DNA of 59,451 nucleotides, counting the filler, from Ionaspis alba (Eukaryota): NCBI GenBank assembly GCA_964255285.1. It is 3 parts of 3 records of this genome, joined end to end, with 100 filler letters (N's around TTAATTAATTAA, not from the genome) between each part and the next. Parts side by side here need not be neighbours in the genome. Positions count along the whole stretch, not along the records: positions 1 to 19,783 come from CAXUUL010000257.1; 2 more parts are not named here. One strand, 5' to 3'. How positions within the stretch are numbered: position 1 is the stretch's first letter; every line of letters begins with the position of its first letter. The translations under genes were made by a program, and so were the position numbers. This document shows positions 1 through 13,794 of the stretch, piece after piece. Below the pieces are notes generated by a model. The model searched no databases. It had not been told where the DNA came from and saw only the letters and a program-made list of their open reading frames with translations.

Positions 1-3000
1 GAAGCCTGTCGAATGCTTCGAGAAGCAGCAAAAACTTCTCTACGATATGCTCGAGTCTGAAGAGCAAGGTTCGGTCGATCAGATCCCGGTTGAGCAAACT
101 TAACCTTGGGCATGCGTACCCGTTTCTGGCGACTCGTGACATCAGCTGGAAACCCATCACTCTCTGCGACTTTGCGCTTCCCATTAGTTGGAGATTGTGA
201 TTTAGGGTGGGTCTTAGCGCTTGGGCCATCGTTGGTTGCGCTTTGGGCCCTTTGATAGTTCTCAAGAGGCGGGTTTTCTGGAGTACACATTGTCTTGTTC
301 CTGCCACTGTCTTCCTTGACATCACCACTTATGGCAAGAATTTCAGATGCGCCTCCAAACTTGTCGGGCTCAAAGGTTCCTGGAATTACCACGTCCACCA
401 ACGTCTCGTCTTGTATTGGATCTCGTTGCGCTTGCCCTAAGTCAGGTGGCCCCAACCTGGAATCTGATGGCTCGGTAGAGAGTCCAACAGATGCGGGAAG
501 CCTGGAGGGCATTTTCCCTATAAGATACGGAGTTCGATCCACTTGCAGAGTAACGTTACAACCTTTTAGTGCGGAAGGGGTTGTTTGAGTCTCATGTGAA
601 CTTGCTCTAAAAGATCCTGGCAAAGCGTTCGGCGCCGTCATTTCCAGTTCTGAATCACTAGAAACTGAGGTGTCGGAGTCTATCTCGATGAGCACGTTAT
701 CTTTCGCGTCGGTGTTCACTATATCCTGCAGCAGATGTGATGATCTGAGTTGGTCTTGCTGCTGGGCAGAGGATATCTGGTTGCTGTCAGGTAGTGCAAT
801 CTGTGCCTTACCAGTATTCGGCAGCGATAGCTCATTAGTCTCCAAAGAAGCAATCATCTCAACATCAACACGGTCAGCGTTGTATCCTTCCTTTTTACTC
901 AATACCTCTTCGGGTTGGCTGAGGTGAGAATTCTGATCCAGGACCCCAGTTTCTTTCGCAAGCTTGTCAATCTCTAGTGCAACTTGATGTGACTCAGACG
1001 CTTCGTTGTCGTCAACCTCATCAGAATTTGAGGGATGAAATTCAGCTGAACAGTCTAAGGGTATGTGTCCCGCGACTTTCGAAGGGCTCGACACCTTTAT
1101 GCTATAACCGAGGTCTGGTCGATGCCAGTCCGCCTGGGCAGTTCCTGGAGTGGGTGAACGACTTGAAGGCTTTACCCTGTCCGGGGTTACGGCTTGGTTG
1201 TCCAACGCCACATCTATCGGTGGCGACCTAGTGGAAGTCATGGAAGGACTTTGTTCCTGTTTGTCTTGATCCCTTACTACTCTTGCTGCCTGCGGCGTCA
1301 CCGGGCTGCTGTCTGGTGGTAATCGATTCTTGTTTGCGCTTACATGAGGGCTCGAAGGAGGCCATTCTGATGATGGGATAGGCGAGTCTGAAAGGGAGTC
1401 TTCATCTTCCTCTGCAGCGTTTGAGGTTGCTAAGTTAGGTGATGGCATGTCACCGTAAGTCTCGGCAAGCAATTGCTGCGAGACCGCAACGTCATCTGAA
1501 TGGCTCATAAGACGATCGACTTGTTCACTGATTTCTTTAGCAACAGATACAGGTATGTTTGCAACTGGCCCACTTGTTCCTGGTACGGGTGGTAGCCAAC
1601 AACTTTCCTTGTCCAGAAGAGCTTGCTGATTCCCAGGAATTTTTACGTCCCTCCCTTGTATGCCGGATAAGTCCTTCCATGGATCATCGACCTTTTCCAC
1701 CCTTGTATCAACGGGTCTGGTTTCTTCTGATTTCGACATGCTAGTAGGAGATATCGGCGGTTCTTCCATTTCTTTGAAAGAATTTCGAGTTCGGAGCAGC
1801 TGTCTCGGCTCATCCCTGCCATACACGGGAATTGAGGCCTCCTCCTTTACGGTTGTAATATTCTCAATCTTTTCGATAGTTAGATCTGGTAATCGGCCCG
1901 TCTGCGCAGAGCCTTGGGGTGATGGTGTCGAATTATCTCTATTGGAAGAGTGGGACCCGTCCACAGAGACCTTCTGACGCGTTGCACCATGTCTCTCATT
2001 TAAGAGGCGCAAAAGGTCTGCCGGATTGTTCCTCGAATTGCCTCTGGATGCTATATAGGTGATGGACGTATCTCGACCTCCTCTTTCTGGTGGTGAGCGC
2101 TTTTGCATACTCGGTCGCCTGCTCGCACTCCATTCCTCAGTCAGCCGGTCTCTACAAGAAACCTGCATTGACGGAATTGCTCTGTTTCCTTCGTCTTCCG
2201 TAGTTGGCTCTTTGAGCTTTCTGCGCACCTGCTTGATAGATCTGTACACGGGTGCCTGTGTCATGTACAGTTCGTAGTCACCTTCTCGTTCATGGTCCTG
2301 CCCAGCACTATCTGAATTGTGGTCAGCCAACGGGTCCTGTGCATGCCGCACGCGAGACATCAATGTTGGCGGCGGCTCTTCCTGCTTCTGCAAAAGTCTG
2401 ACCTGGCTCAAGAGATCTTGGATCCCGTCTTGAGACTCGATCGGTTTTGGATGTCCAAAGGTGCCGGAGCCAGCACTTCCAAGATACCTCAAACTTTTAA
2501 TCAGCAAAGTAAGGCGGGATCGGGGATCCCCTAAGTGCGTCGCAACGACCTCAAAGTCGAGTAATTGAATGATCCCTCCGCTCGTTTCTTTGGTAACGTG
2601 GCGATGCTCTTTTTGCTCGAAACATCTAGTCGCCGACGAACTGATTGTTGCCCGTATTGAGGTCGCGCTATCGGATAAGATGGCTTTCACCGGATCTTGA
2701 AAAGCAATAAACTATGAGCCAAGCGTCAGCGTGCAAGATTTCCAGGAGACTAGACCATTTAGCTCGAATTTGCAGTATAGCCAAGTCGTAAACTAAAAAT
2801 CCGACGAGATGTTTGTTGACTCTCTCTGCTGAAAGGGCCATACCTTTAAGATCTGCACACAAGGTTTAATTCGGAATGATCGGATCCTCAGATTGCTTCC
2901 GTCGTCTTCCCATGGAACGTGCTCCTGTAGCTTTCCTGAGGGCAACTCAGAAGCTTCTGATTTCCAGCGGAGTGCTTGTCGCACTTCTCTCTCGACGACA

Positions 3001-3032
3001 GGCCAGAGCCAAGGGTTGATGACCCCGGCCAT
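1..3032 (-). CDS. Telomere protein with N-terminal TPP1/Est3-type OB fold and long low-complexity C-terminus; 3' end lies outside the window
   Basis: Exon 1 is 3032-2844 (MAGVINPWL...VQILK). A GTATGG...GCTGAC...TAG intron spans 2843-2712. Exon 2 reads FIAFQDPVKAILSDSATSIRATISS...GIIQLLDFEVVATHLG...GSGTFGHPKPI and later DPWKDLSGIQGRDVKIPGNQQALLDKESCWLPPVPG. The frame was open wherever I spot-checked it, including the window edge. Exon 2 is absent from the ORF track. Confidence 0.75.
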
Positions 3033-3498
3033 GCTATCACGACGGTTGAACGTTGGCCGGGTCCGGAGTTAAGCCTGACGCGCTTCTATTATCTCCAACG
3101 TGTGGACACGCGAAGTGGAGTGCGGGAGGACGGGAGCTAGTGGTTAGCGCCACATCTGCGGATGAATTACCGGTCTCGAACCGCGGACAACGAGATGCTT
3201 TTAATGTTGAAGTTTCTCGAATTAGACATCGTCCCTTCGTTTTATTTGTACCGCGGTCTATTCTCTTGCTGAGTCACAACTTACCATGTGTGCTCATTCA
3301 GTCGGCTGTGGTAGATCTCATTCAGATAAGTCTTCATTCTTACAGCTTCGGAGCATCTCCTCCATAGACGGAAGTTGCGAATAACACAAGTGTGGAGATG
3401 TATGTGAGCTGGACCTAGTCCGTCTTCGGCCAACTTCTGCTTGCTGACGTTCTTGTTTGTCTAGTAGCTGAGTATGTCGCTTGTCTTATTGACTGGAA

Positions 3499-6400
3499 AT
3501 GGCCTCAAGATCCCATGGAGAGGCTGATAGCCCCTCCTCTTTTGGTGCACGAACTCGTCGTCCCCGTAAGGAATCAGGGGGCTCTATATCTTTGGCATCG
3601 CAGGTTGACAAGGAAACTTTGAGCCATGCCCTGGATCAGATCCACAATACCGCTTCGCAAACGGAGGGTCTGACGACTTTCAACGAGTTTTCGACTCCCC
3701 CTACATCCTCCACAGGGACAGACGGAAAGGGAATACCTGGAGATCTCCAAGGAGGTTTAAGTGGGTTATATAGTCGCATCCGAGCATCTGTAGGAGGGCT
3801 GAAGGACACCGTTACTGTTCCGCCCGAAGGTGGCGATGATGCTTCATCAACAAGAAGCGCAAAAACGTCAATATTGTCACCTACAACAACTGGCAGGCAG
3901 AGTTTCAATAACGCCAAGCAACCGAGCCTAACGCCATCTCAATCTCAGCCAGCGGGGAGAGGGGTAGATGATCCTGAGTTGCACGGTCAACCACAGTCAG
4001 AGATCACTCTCACAGGCGGGCCAAATATTCATGGCCAGAACACCGCTGGCGCTCGTGGACTGCAACCTATTCCAGCAACACCCTCGAAAAGCTCGTTGGG
4101 CTCTAGTGGTCTGGTGAGATCGACCACTGCTCCGGCGACTCATGCTATGACATCCAGTGCGATCAACCCAACTGTGGCAGAAGTTCATGTTATAGCTTCG
4201 AGAAAGCCCACGAGTCACCATAGCCGAGGTCCTTTGGAAAATGCGGACGGACAAACCGGACTTTCTACTGTCGATGTTCAGTCAAGTGCTAAAGATCGCC
4301 TGGCAGAGACCTCGACAAAATCTGCTGCCGACTTGAGAAAGGGTGTTGGCGTTCACGCAGATAACGACCTTCACAAAGGACAAAATGGCTCGCCGTCGAA
4401 TCCAGGTTCTCATGCATCAGGGCAAGCGGCCATAGACGACAAACAACTGTCGCAGCTTACACTCGTTTCAGTTTCAACAGAAGGAGACCTTGATGTGGAC
4501 GAGGGAGTGCTTCATCTCAACGACTCCGTGGACTCGCAACCCTTTCTAACAAGAAGTGTTCCAAATACAGCCTCCGCAAATCATTCCAAGAGCTTTCCTA
4601 GCATCAAAGTTCAATCTAACGATACTATTGGACCACCTCTAGTAAAAACGGCAGGAGGACTTGAGCATAGTCTAAGTGACTCACTACCTATCGCCTCGGA
4701 GTCTTCAAATCTCTTGACACTGTCCGCTCCTCGGAAACCTGACGCGCTACCCGGCTTTGAGTTCTCTCGCGCATCCTCTACCGATACCGTCGGAGCGAGC
4801 TCGATCAATACTGCAGTCATAGACACTTCTAGACATGACGAAAACAGTGCTGATGAAGATGTGAATACCCTTGGTCGTCTGCCCCCAAAATCATCGGCAA
4901 GGACTCACAGGGTTGGAGACATGCAAGGAATGAAAATAGCACCGTCACAAATCAAGAGTAGAGTGCTCAGCAAGGAATACTGGATGAGAGATGAGAATGC
5001 CCGAGATTGTTTTTATTGTGGTGATCCGTTTTCGACCTTTCGCAGAAAGCACCATTGTAGTATGTAGCGGCCTTCTCCCTTTCCAGCTTTACTGCTTAAA
5101 ATTTACTAACTAATGTTGATGTAGGAACTTGTGGACAGATTTTCGATGCCAAATGTACGTCTCTAGTACCTGGAAAGCCTTTTGGTCAAAACGGAACACT
5201 CAGGGTCTGTAAACCCTGTGAAGGCATCATCAACGGCCACGATGACTCCTCGGATTTCTCAGACGACGCAAGCGTGATGGGCTCAAATCTTCGACCACGT
5301 CACGGCTCTACTGGTGCCAACGATGTTTCTCCGGCCAGGTCGCTGGCTTCCTTTCGTTTGGGCAACCTAAGAGATGGTGACCAAAGGGCCAAACCTGCAG
5401 GTGATATCGTCCCTGTCATGGCTATTCCCGCGACACGTAGAGTGGGGGATGAGTCCAATCGACGATCCGCGATTCTTGAAATCGATGCCGAGCGTAGACT
5501 GGTACGACCGAGCTCTTCGAGATCCTTGAAGTCTTCGAATGGGGCTCGACCACACTCCGCTGGGCATAAGCGCCACCACTCGAGGAATCTTTTGCAAAGA
5601 AACTTCAAGCCCGTTGGTGAAGATAATGCTCCATTCCACAAGAACCACGACGACGATTCCAAGAAAGGCATCAGATTGCCAGCCTTTCACAGTGATAACA
5701 TCATTGATCCGGATTTAGCAGATTTTCTGTCTGATGAAGAGTCAAGCGAAGAAGAACAACTGAGCATAATGGCCACGCTGAATGGAGATGCTACGAGCAG
5801 AAGTCGAGGCACTGACCGTACTACGCTCTCAGGACTTCTCGCTGCTGGCAAGAAAGGTCGCTCGCGGATGGCCGACAAGAGTATCAGTGGCGCCACATTT
5901 GCGAGTCGAGACACCGACAACCTTAGCCTGAGTAGTGCAAGAATGCTAAACTCACCGTGGAGTGCAAAGCGACGCAACCTGAGCTTGACTGGCAACCTTC
6001 ACCTCCGTCCATCCCCTAGAACTCATCGTTTCAGCACTGCATCACCCGCAATGAGTGCTCAGCTGCATGATAGTGTCAGCAGTTCTGCGCTGGACCAGCT
6101 GAACTCTCCAGGTGGTGGTCTCCGCATGATACGAAGCTCCGCAATGAAAGGTGTTGATGCCCCAGCCATCGAGCTAAACAATGCGAGCATTCAACACGTC
6201 CGTAAACTCCTGCGACAACTTCTGTATGACTCTACGGTGTCGAATGCTAGCAGCTGGGAGAAGGCGTTATTGCCAATACTGCTCCAGGCTACCGATGATG
6301 TAAATCCTGATGTACAACATGGCGACGACATTGACATTCGCCATTATGTCAAACTCAAGAAAATCCCCGGGGGTCGTCCTGGGGATACTGCTTATGTTTC

Positions 6401-9400
6401 CGGGCTCGTCTTTACCAAAAACCTAGCTTTGAAGAGCATGCCTCGAAGTATCGCTCACCCAAATATATTGATCTTGACATTTCCAGTGGAATACGCTCGT
6501 CATCAGCAGCACTTTATGAGCTTAGAACCAGTTATCCGGCAAGAGAGAGAATTTTTACAGAATCTGGTGCATCGTATAGCAGCACTCCGCCCTCAGCTTC
6601 TATTAGTACAGCGCAATGTCTCTGGATTAGCGCTCCAGTTCCTTGAACAAGCAAATATCGCCACGGCGTATAACGTCAAGCCCTCAGTCCTCGAGGCGAT
6701 CTCTCGCTGCAGTCAGACTCGAGTGATTTCTTCCATTGATAAGCTGGCAATCAAGCCCGCTCAGGCGGGTAAATGTGCTAGCTTCTATCTCAAGACTTAC
6801 GTATATAATGGCAGGAAGAAGACCTACATGTACCTTTCTGGGTGTCCCAAAGAGCTCGGGTGTACAATCGTCCTGCGAGGCGGTGGCGATGACACTCTGG
6901 CTAAAATTAAAAGAATTACAGAGTTCATGATATACGTCGTGTACAACCTCAAATTGGAAACATGTTTGATGAGAGATGAATTTGCCCTTATCCCGACCTA
7001 CACAGGCGCGGGATCAATCTCTCCTGATAAGGACCTAGCTAGGAAATCAGCTTCTGCCGCAAACGCCGAATCGCAGTCATCAGCGCAAGTACAAGGTATT
7101 CGTACCCCTAACAGGATGTACAACTTAGGAGAGACGTTGAGCACACCAAGCACCCAAGAGTCGATCTCGTCAACCGCATCGAAAGAAGCCGCCCAAGTCT
7201 CTTCCAGCAGTGGTGTCAGTGGAGGGGCTGAGGTTGATGAGACACATCTGCCTGAAGACATACCTCTGCCTCTGTATTACAGCGATATGGTGGAGAAGCA
7301 CCAGGACAAGATTCTTTCGGCTTCGCCGTTTGTGAAATTTATGCAACCTTATCTTCTTATGCGAGCACGAGAGCAGGAGCGGCGACTAGTATATCTCAAG
7401 CGCTTACGAGACCAAGATATGCAAGAGAGCCGGAAAGAGGATGAAGAAATTAAACCTCAAGACTTTGTCTTGATCAAGCCTGAAATGATACACGAGAGTG
7501 TTCGAGGAACATCGAAGAAATTCCGTGAGGTCCTGCAAGCTGTACATGACGCTGAATACGATAAAGCTCTACACAGCTATCGGACGCAGAAGAAGCAGTG
7601 GGAGGCCTACATCTCTGGTAGTATCAATCTCTTCGACCCTTTTGCACACCAAAATATCGCTGTACTGTACAGCGTCGTGTGTACCGTAACTACAGTGCCT
7701 TGTTCTGGCCCTGATATCCTTGCTCTTGGTTTCTACAATGAACACGAGACAGACGAAGACTTTGAAGCCGACTGTACTTTGGGACAGTACGTAGAAGACC
7801 TGTGCCTAGGAGCAAATACTGTGTGCACTGCAAACGGTTGCGAGAGAAAAATGTTCGAACACCATCGTCAATATGTGCATGGAAGTGCTCAGTTGAGTGT
7901 GACTGTCGAGCCGTATCCTTCAAAGCTTCGTGGTCTACAAGACATAATCCTTATGTGGAGCACATGCCGAATATGTGGTCAGGATACTCAAGTTATGCCG
8001 ATGTCTGACAGCACTTGGAAGTACTCGTTCGGCAAATACTTGGAACTCTCTTTCTGGTGCAGTGAATTACATGCTCGAGCTGGAGTATGCCCTCACGATC
8101 TCCATCGTAATCATCTCAGATACTTCGGCTTCAAGGACGTCGCGCTAAGAGTACAATACGACCCAATCAATCTTCTTGAGATCATCGTTCCTAGGACGAA
8201 GATAACCTGGAAGGTGGCGAACGATCTGAGGCTCAAGAATGAGGTTTTCACAAGGAATGAGGATCGACTCAACAAGTTCATGCTATCCGTAAAAGCCCGG
8301 ATCAATAGTATCAAGGTAGACAGCGTCACTTTCGGCAAAGCTGATGCCTGTAAAGAAGAGGTTGATAACCTGATGAAGCGCGCAGAAGATGAGCACGAAG
8401 CTCTGACCGAGAAGTTGCGAGAAAAGTACATGAATTCAAAACACTTCGAGATCATTCCGCTGAACAGAGCTGTCCGTGCTATGCAGGAGAAAGTTGCAGA
8501 ATGGGATAACACTTTTGCAGATTTCGACCGCAACTTCTTCCCTTCTGAAAAGGATATCAGACGTCTCGCCACACTTCAGCTGAAGAAGATCTTTCTTGAC
8601 CGAGACGATTCTAGCAGCTCATTATCTACTACCGAGGGAGGCACGAGTACACCGCCTACGTCTGAAGGAGAATTTTCAGAAAAGACTTCGTCTGCGGAGT
8701 CTTCGGCCTTAATTCCTAAGACGCGCCACATGTCGGATGAGAAAGCCCACGATATGTTGACTTCAGTGGTGGAGGATTACACTGATACTGCTGAGAAGGT
8801 CAATCATCATGAGAGCACATCGTCAACTTCAAATTCTCGTGGGCAAGATCCAAACCAAGAAATACCTGCTACAAATACTGAGCATGAACACGATCATCAC
8901 TTTGATCTTGCAATGCCGTCGAATTTTCACGAGACGGTGGCATCTTCACAAGAAGCCCCTGAGAACGAAACTCGGCCCGTGAGCCCAAACACGACTAAAG
9001 AATCAGACGAGGTCAATAATCAATCTACACTGCAGATATCGGAGCAGAGAAGCTCGAATTCTACCGAACGACCACCACTCAAGGAATCCGTATCTTCACT
9101 GACGGCACAGACTTCCAGCATTCCTCGTCTTTCAGACATCAATGCTCGTCGTACCGGTATATCTGTGGTACCATCCTTCCACAGAGCTCAGTCGCAGCCT
9201 GCCCACGTTCGGCGAGAGAAGGCTGCTTTCAGTGGCTTATCTACCCCAAACTTGCCAGCGAGCGTGGCCTCGAATAATACTGCCAAACGATTGGGGGAGC
9301 CACTTATAAGTTCGATTTCCGATGGAGCTCCAAAATCTAGTGAAAAGAAATTGTCGGACAGGCTCGGTCTCGGCGGTATCAAGTCCTCGGGTGTGAGTGC

Positions 9401-11288
9401 ACATTCAATGATCCCACGCTCCATTACCAGTCGGCGGAAAGAATCGCGAGTCTCGACTCTTGCAAAGCACTTCGAGCAGCTCAGCCGTGAATTTGAGAAG
9501 GAACGCCTTCGAGACCGTCGTCAGCGTGCAGCGAAGAGCAAACAAGCAAGGGCTTACCCGATGGCGTCCTCAAAACCAATTGTTGAGGTATATCGTAACG
9601 TCCGAGATGCAGTGGAAGAACGTGAACCATCCGATGAGGATCTTGCGTCGCCTGAAACCTCCCAGGGCAAGCAAGAAGAGTCAATCGAATCCACTGCAGA
9701 GAATTCTACGCAGAATAGTGCTGATCAAACGCCAAGCAACGAAGCTGCGGCTGAAGATACTGGCGCAGAAGACACTGCTGCCGAAGATACAGCTGCAGAT
9801 TACACGGAAACGGAAGATCACACTCACTTCGATAGTCGTGTTGGGTCCGACACAGAGGGTGACGGCGTGAGAAGCGACGATGAACAACTACCAACAGGCA
9901 AAGTTCCCGGCACACCAGCATCGCAAGACTTGTTCACGTCAAGTGAGTCTCAACTTGATCTGAAGCTCGACTTACCAAAGCATGAGAAAACCTCGCTCAT
10001 GAAGATGCTTACGAACTTCTGGGCCGAGCGGTCTGCTAGCGGTTGGCAAGCTCTAGAGTATCCTCTGACGGCATCAGACCACGTCTTTGCAGACTCCGAC
10101 ATCATCATTAGAGAAGACGAACCAAGTTCTCTCATCGCCTTCGCTCTAGGCTCCGAAGACTACCAGACCAAGTTGAAGAACATCAAGGCCAAGAGCCGAG
10201 GGCTAAAGAGTAAGCACGACAAGAGCTATGTTGAAGACCCAATGCTAGATACGGATGAGCAAATGCAAATCGAGAAATCCCTTTTGCAATCCACCGGCAC
10301 ACATCTCAAATACCAATTCCAAGAAGGCTCCGCTAAAATGCTCTGCAAAATCTTCTATGCCGAACAATTCGACGCCGTCCGACGTAAATGCGCCGTTGCT
10401 GACCGCATCGTCGAATCACTCTCTCGCTGCCTCAAATGGGACTCCAAAGGTGGCAAAACCAAATCTGTCTTCCTTAAAACCTTAGATGATCGCATCGTCC
10501 TCAAGTCCCTTTCACAGATCGAAACCCAGGCTTTCCTACGCTTTGCGCCGGCATACTTCCAGCTTATGGGCGAAGCCCTCTTCCATGACTTGCCGTCTGT
10601 TATTGCCAAGATGCTCGGCTTCTATCAGGTCGTGATCAAGAACCCCGTCACAGGCGTCGAGTTTAACTGGTTCCTACTCGTTATGGAGAACCTGTTCTAC
10701 GACCGCTCGCCAACCCGCATCTTCGATCTCAAGGGCTCGATGCGAAATCGACGTATCCAGTCCACCGGTGAGCAGAACGAAGTCCTGCTTGACGAGAACA
10801 TGGTCGAATTTATCTATGAATCCCCGCTGTTTGCCCGCGAGCACTCCAAGAAGCTGCTTAGAGCTAGTGTGTGGAATGACACGCTGTTCCTGTCGCGGCA
10901 GAACGTCATGGATTACTCGCTCATGATTGCTATCGATGATAATCGTAAAGAGCTGGTGGTGGGTATTATTGACTGCATCCGGACGTATACGTGGGACAAG
11001 AAGCTCGAGAGCTGGATGAAGGATCGAGGCAAAAATCGACCGACTGTTACGAGTCCGAAGGAGTATAAGAATCGGTTCCGGGAAGCGATGGGCCGGTATG
11101 TGCTGCAGGCGCCGAAGTAAGTCTGAATTTTTTCAGGACATAGTTTCCTTCAGTGGACTGTAATTGACTAAGTCTGTAGTTGCTGGCATCAATTCCAAGG
11201 GCAACAGATGGAGACGAGGCCGATGCGATTTGATGATCGGGCGACCAGTCAGGATGGAGAAGTGGAGCTGCATGTTGCCGATGTTTAA
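3499..11288 (+). CDS. FAB1: 1-phosphatidylinositol-3-phosphate 5-kinase (Fab1/PIKfyve)
   Basis: Exons 3499-5059, 5125-11116 and 11180-11288. FYVE domain (WMRDENARDCFYC...RRKHHC/RTCGQIFDAKC) is split by intron 1. Also CCT-like domain (YVKLKKIPGG) and PIPK domain (GGKTKSVFLKT, FDLKGS, MDYSL, GIIDCIRTYTWDKKLE). Confidence 0.97.
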
Positions 11289-11586
11289 GTGTTGCGCTTG
11301 CACAGTTTCTGTGGTTCTAAACTTGCATTTGAGCGCGAATTTTGTTCGTGGATTCGCGCCATTGAGCCGGGATTCGGAGGGTTTGGTTGCTGCATGAAGG
11401 AGACTGGGTGCATGACGGGGGCTTTTCTTCCTGGTTTGTAATGAGATAAGTCAGGGGTGAAGAGACATTAGAGCGTGGTTGCTTTCCTTAAATTATTGAT
11501 ATTGTACATATTTACAGATCTTCTATTTTTACACGCCAACCACAATCTTCGCCGTTACTTAGAAGTTGAGATCACCAACCTCTAGA

Positions 11587-13794
11587 TTACTCCTTACCCT
11601 GCCCCACTTCTTTCTCTTTCACCGCTTGCTTCTTGTCTGCATCCATAGTCTCAAACTCTTCCAAAAAGTCGACAACCCGCTTCCCCCTTCTTCGTCCTGT
11701 ATGAGTCCGATCTAAATCGCTCGAACCTCTTAATCTGTTCCGGACCGTCCCTTGCTCCATTCGACTTATCCTCAGCCGCCTCTGAGCCTGCTCATCCATT
11801 GCCTTCTTGACTTCTTCCCTCTTCTTTACTTCCGCCTCCTCCTCGAATTCCCTCTTTCCCTCTTTCCACTCCGCCCACCCAGGCGCATCAAGCCCGAGGT
11901 CCTCAAACTCTTCGTCACTTACAATTTTCACGACCTTGACTTTCCATTTCCCCACACGCAGAATTAGCAAGTTATTGTCAATAATGTACTTTTCGGTGTC
12001 TTCAGGTACCCAATTCATAACAGGCGTGAAATCCAGGCCCTCACCCATACCGCCTTTAGCAGCAGGTCGACTGCCAATGTAGGCACCACGGTTGCCAGCA
12101 AGACGATGACCTTCGCTGCGGGAGCCGACAAGGCCGGCGGCGTAAAGGACACGAGCGATAGATTGATTTTGGACAAGGGATCGCGGGAGGGTAACGTTGG
12201 CTGAGGGGATATTCGTGGAGGTTGTGTGCGCAGGCTTGGCTTTGGCGTCTATGGTCGCAGAAGGCTCTTCGGACTTCGAGGGTTGACTTGCGGAGGACGG
12301 CTCTGAGGACAGAACCCCAGGAGGCCGGAAAAGTGTTCCATGCTGTGACTCGACAGACACGGCTTCATTAGTGCCATAGATCATTTCGACGACTTCGCGG
12401 GCGAGGCGCCGCTGGGCAATACGCTTGGACTCGTCTTGTTTGTGGGTCTGGAGAATCTGCTCTATTTCTGGGAGGGGAATGAAGGTGAAGAGGCGGAGGT
12501 AGCGCTCTACGTCTGCGTCGGCAGATCGCAGGAAGAACTGGATGATCGGTCAGAGAAGGACGAATCCGCAACGCTCATGTTAGACCTACTTGATAGAGCT
12601 CAAATGTGCTAGTCATGTCTTTATCCAGCCATACCGCATTACCAGCACTCTTGCCGAATTTCTCGCCAGAGGCTGTTGTCAGGAGTGGCACGGTGAATCC
12701 CATGGGTCTCATCAGGAAGTCATCGTTTTCCTGCCGAACTTTAGGGTCGTAGTGCGTTTTACGGATGTAATTGATGGCATCCATTCCGGCGATAATGTTT
12801 CCGAATTGGTCAGATCCTCCTATTTGCAGCTGTATCCCCTTTGTCTGGTACATGTACCACCAATCCCAGGCTTGCATCAGAGGATACGTGAATTCGGAGA
12901 ACGACATGCCATCCCCGTTCTTCATCTTGTTCTTCACTCTAGAGACACCAGCTATTCAGTATTACGACCTATATCGTTAGGCTCATCGGACTCACTCACG
13001 TATCCCGCCCCAACATTGTCCCTATCCGAGTTCCAGAGCCCAGGACTTTCAGAACTTCCATCAGGGACAATTTATTCATCCATGTATTGTTGTTCACCAG
13101 CTCTCTGTGCCATGCCCACTCGTATTGGTACCCGTGCTTGAAGCGAGCATGGTGCTCCATATTTGCCCAGAGCATTTTCAGCTGGTAGTGCATGTTGGCC
13201 ATGTTGGCCTTCCGAGTGCTGGAGTGCGTCTGCTCGCGAGAGGTTGTCCTGCCTGTAGGATCTCCGATTTGCGCTGTCGAACCGCCGAGCTGTGCCGGGT
13301 GTCAATGCAAATCGTAGTAGACAATTGATGAGACTCACAAGTGACACTCCGTGGAAGCCTTTGACATACATCCAGAACATCGACATCAACGGAAGAAGAT
13401 GACCAACGTGTAGCGAAGGGGCTGTAGGGTCGACACCCACGTATACGCCCACTCTCTTGTCGATCATCAAACGATCAAGCTCGTCTCGGTCACTACCCCG
13501 TCTCAAATTAGCTCTGACCGACTCTATTGAATTGGACAGCATTTACCCCGCCATCGAGTTGACATATCCTCTTTTTTCAAGAGTAGTCAACATACTCTCC
13601 TTCTTTCCCGCCCGAATCTCCTCGGCCTGTTCTCTCCATGCTTCTGCAGCTTCTGCCTTTTTCCGCAGCCAACTCTCCTTGATCGTCCTGCGCTGTGAGA
13701 TTGCAACGCGTGGTGGTTGCGCCTTTCTCAGGAGTCGACAGCAAGAGGCACAGATATAGGGCAAGGAGCCACTGGAGTATTGTGGAGCGACCAT
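11587..13794 (-). CDS. MSY1: Mitochondrial tyrosyl-tRNA synthetase (MSY1/CYT-18 type), multi-exon
   Basis: YVGVDPTAPSLHVGH (HIGH motif), QIGGSDQFGNI, KFGKSAGNAVWLD (KMSKS motif), C-terminal S4-like domain (SRSEGHRLAGNRGAYIG...LRVGKW) and an Arg-rich presequence. Pieced together from consecutive minus-strand ORFs. Confidence 0.95.

Noticed and set aside
207..2534. Many short plus-strand ORFs
   Set aside because: Antisense shadows of the minus-strand TPP1-like gene; the same applies to small ORFs nested in the other genes.
9745..9800. 15-nt tandem repeat encoding AEDT x3 in FAB1
   Set aside because: Ordinary low-complexity linker within the CDS.
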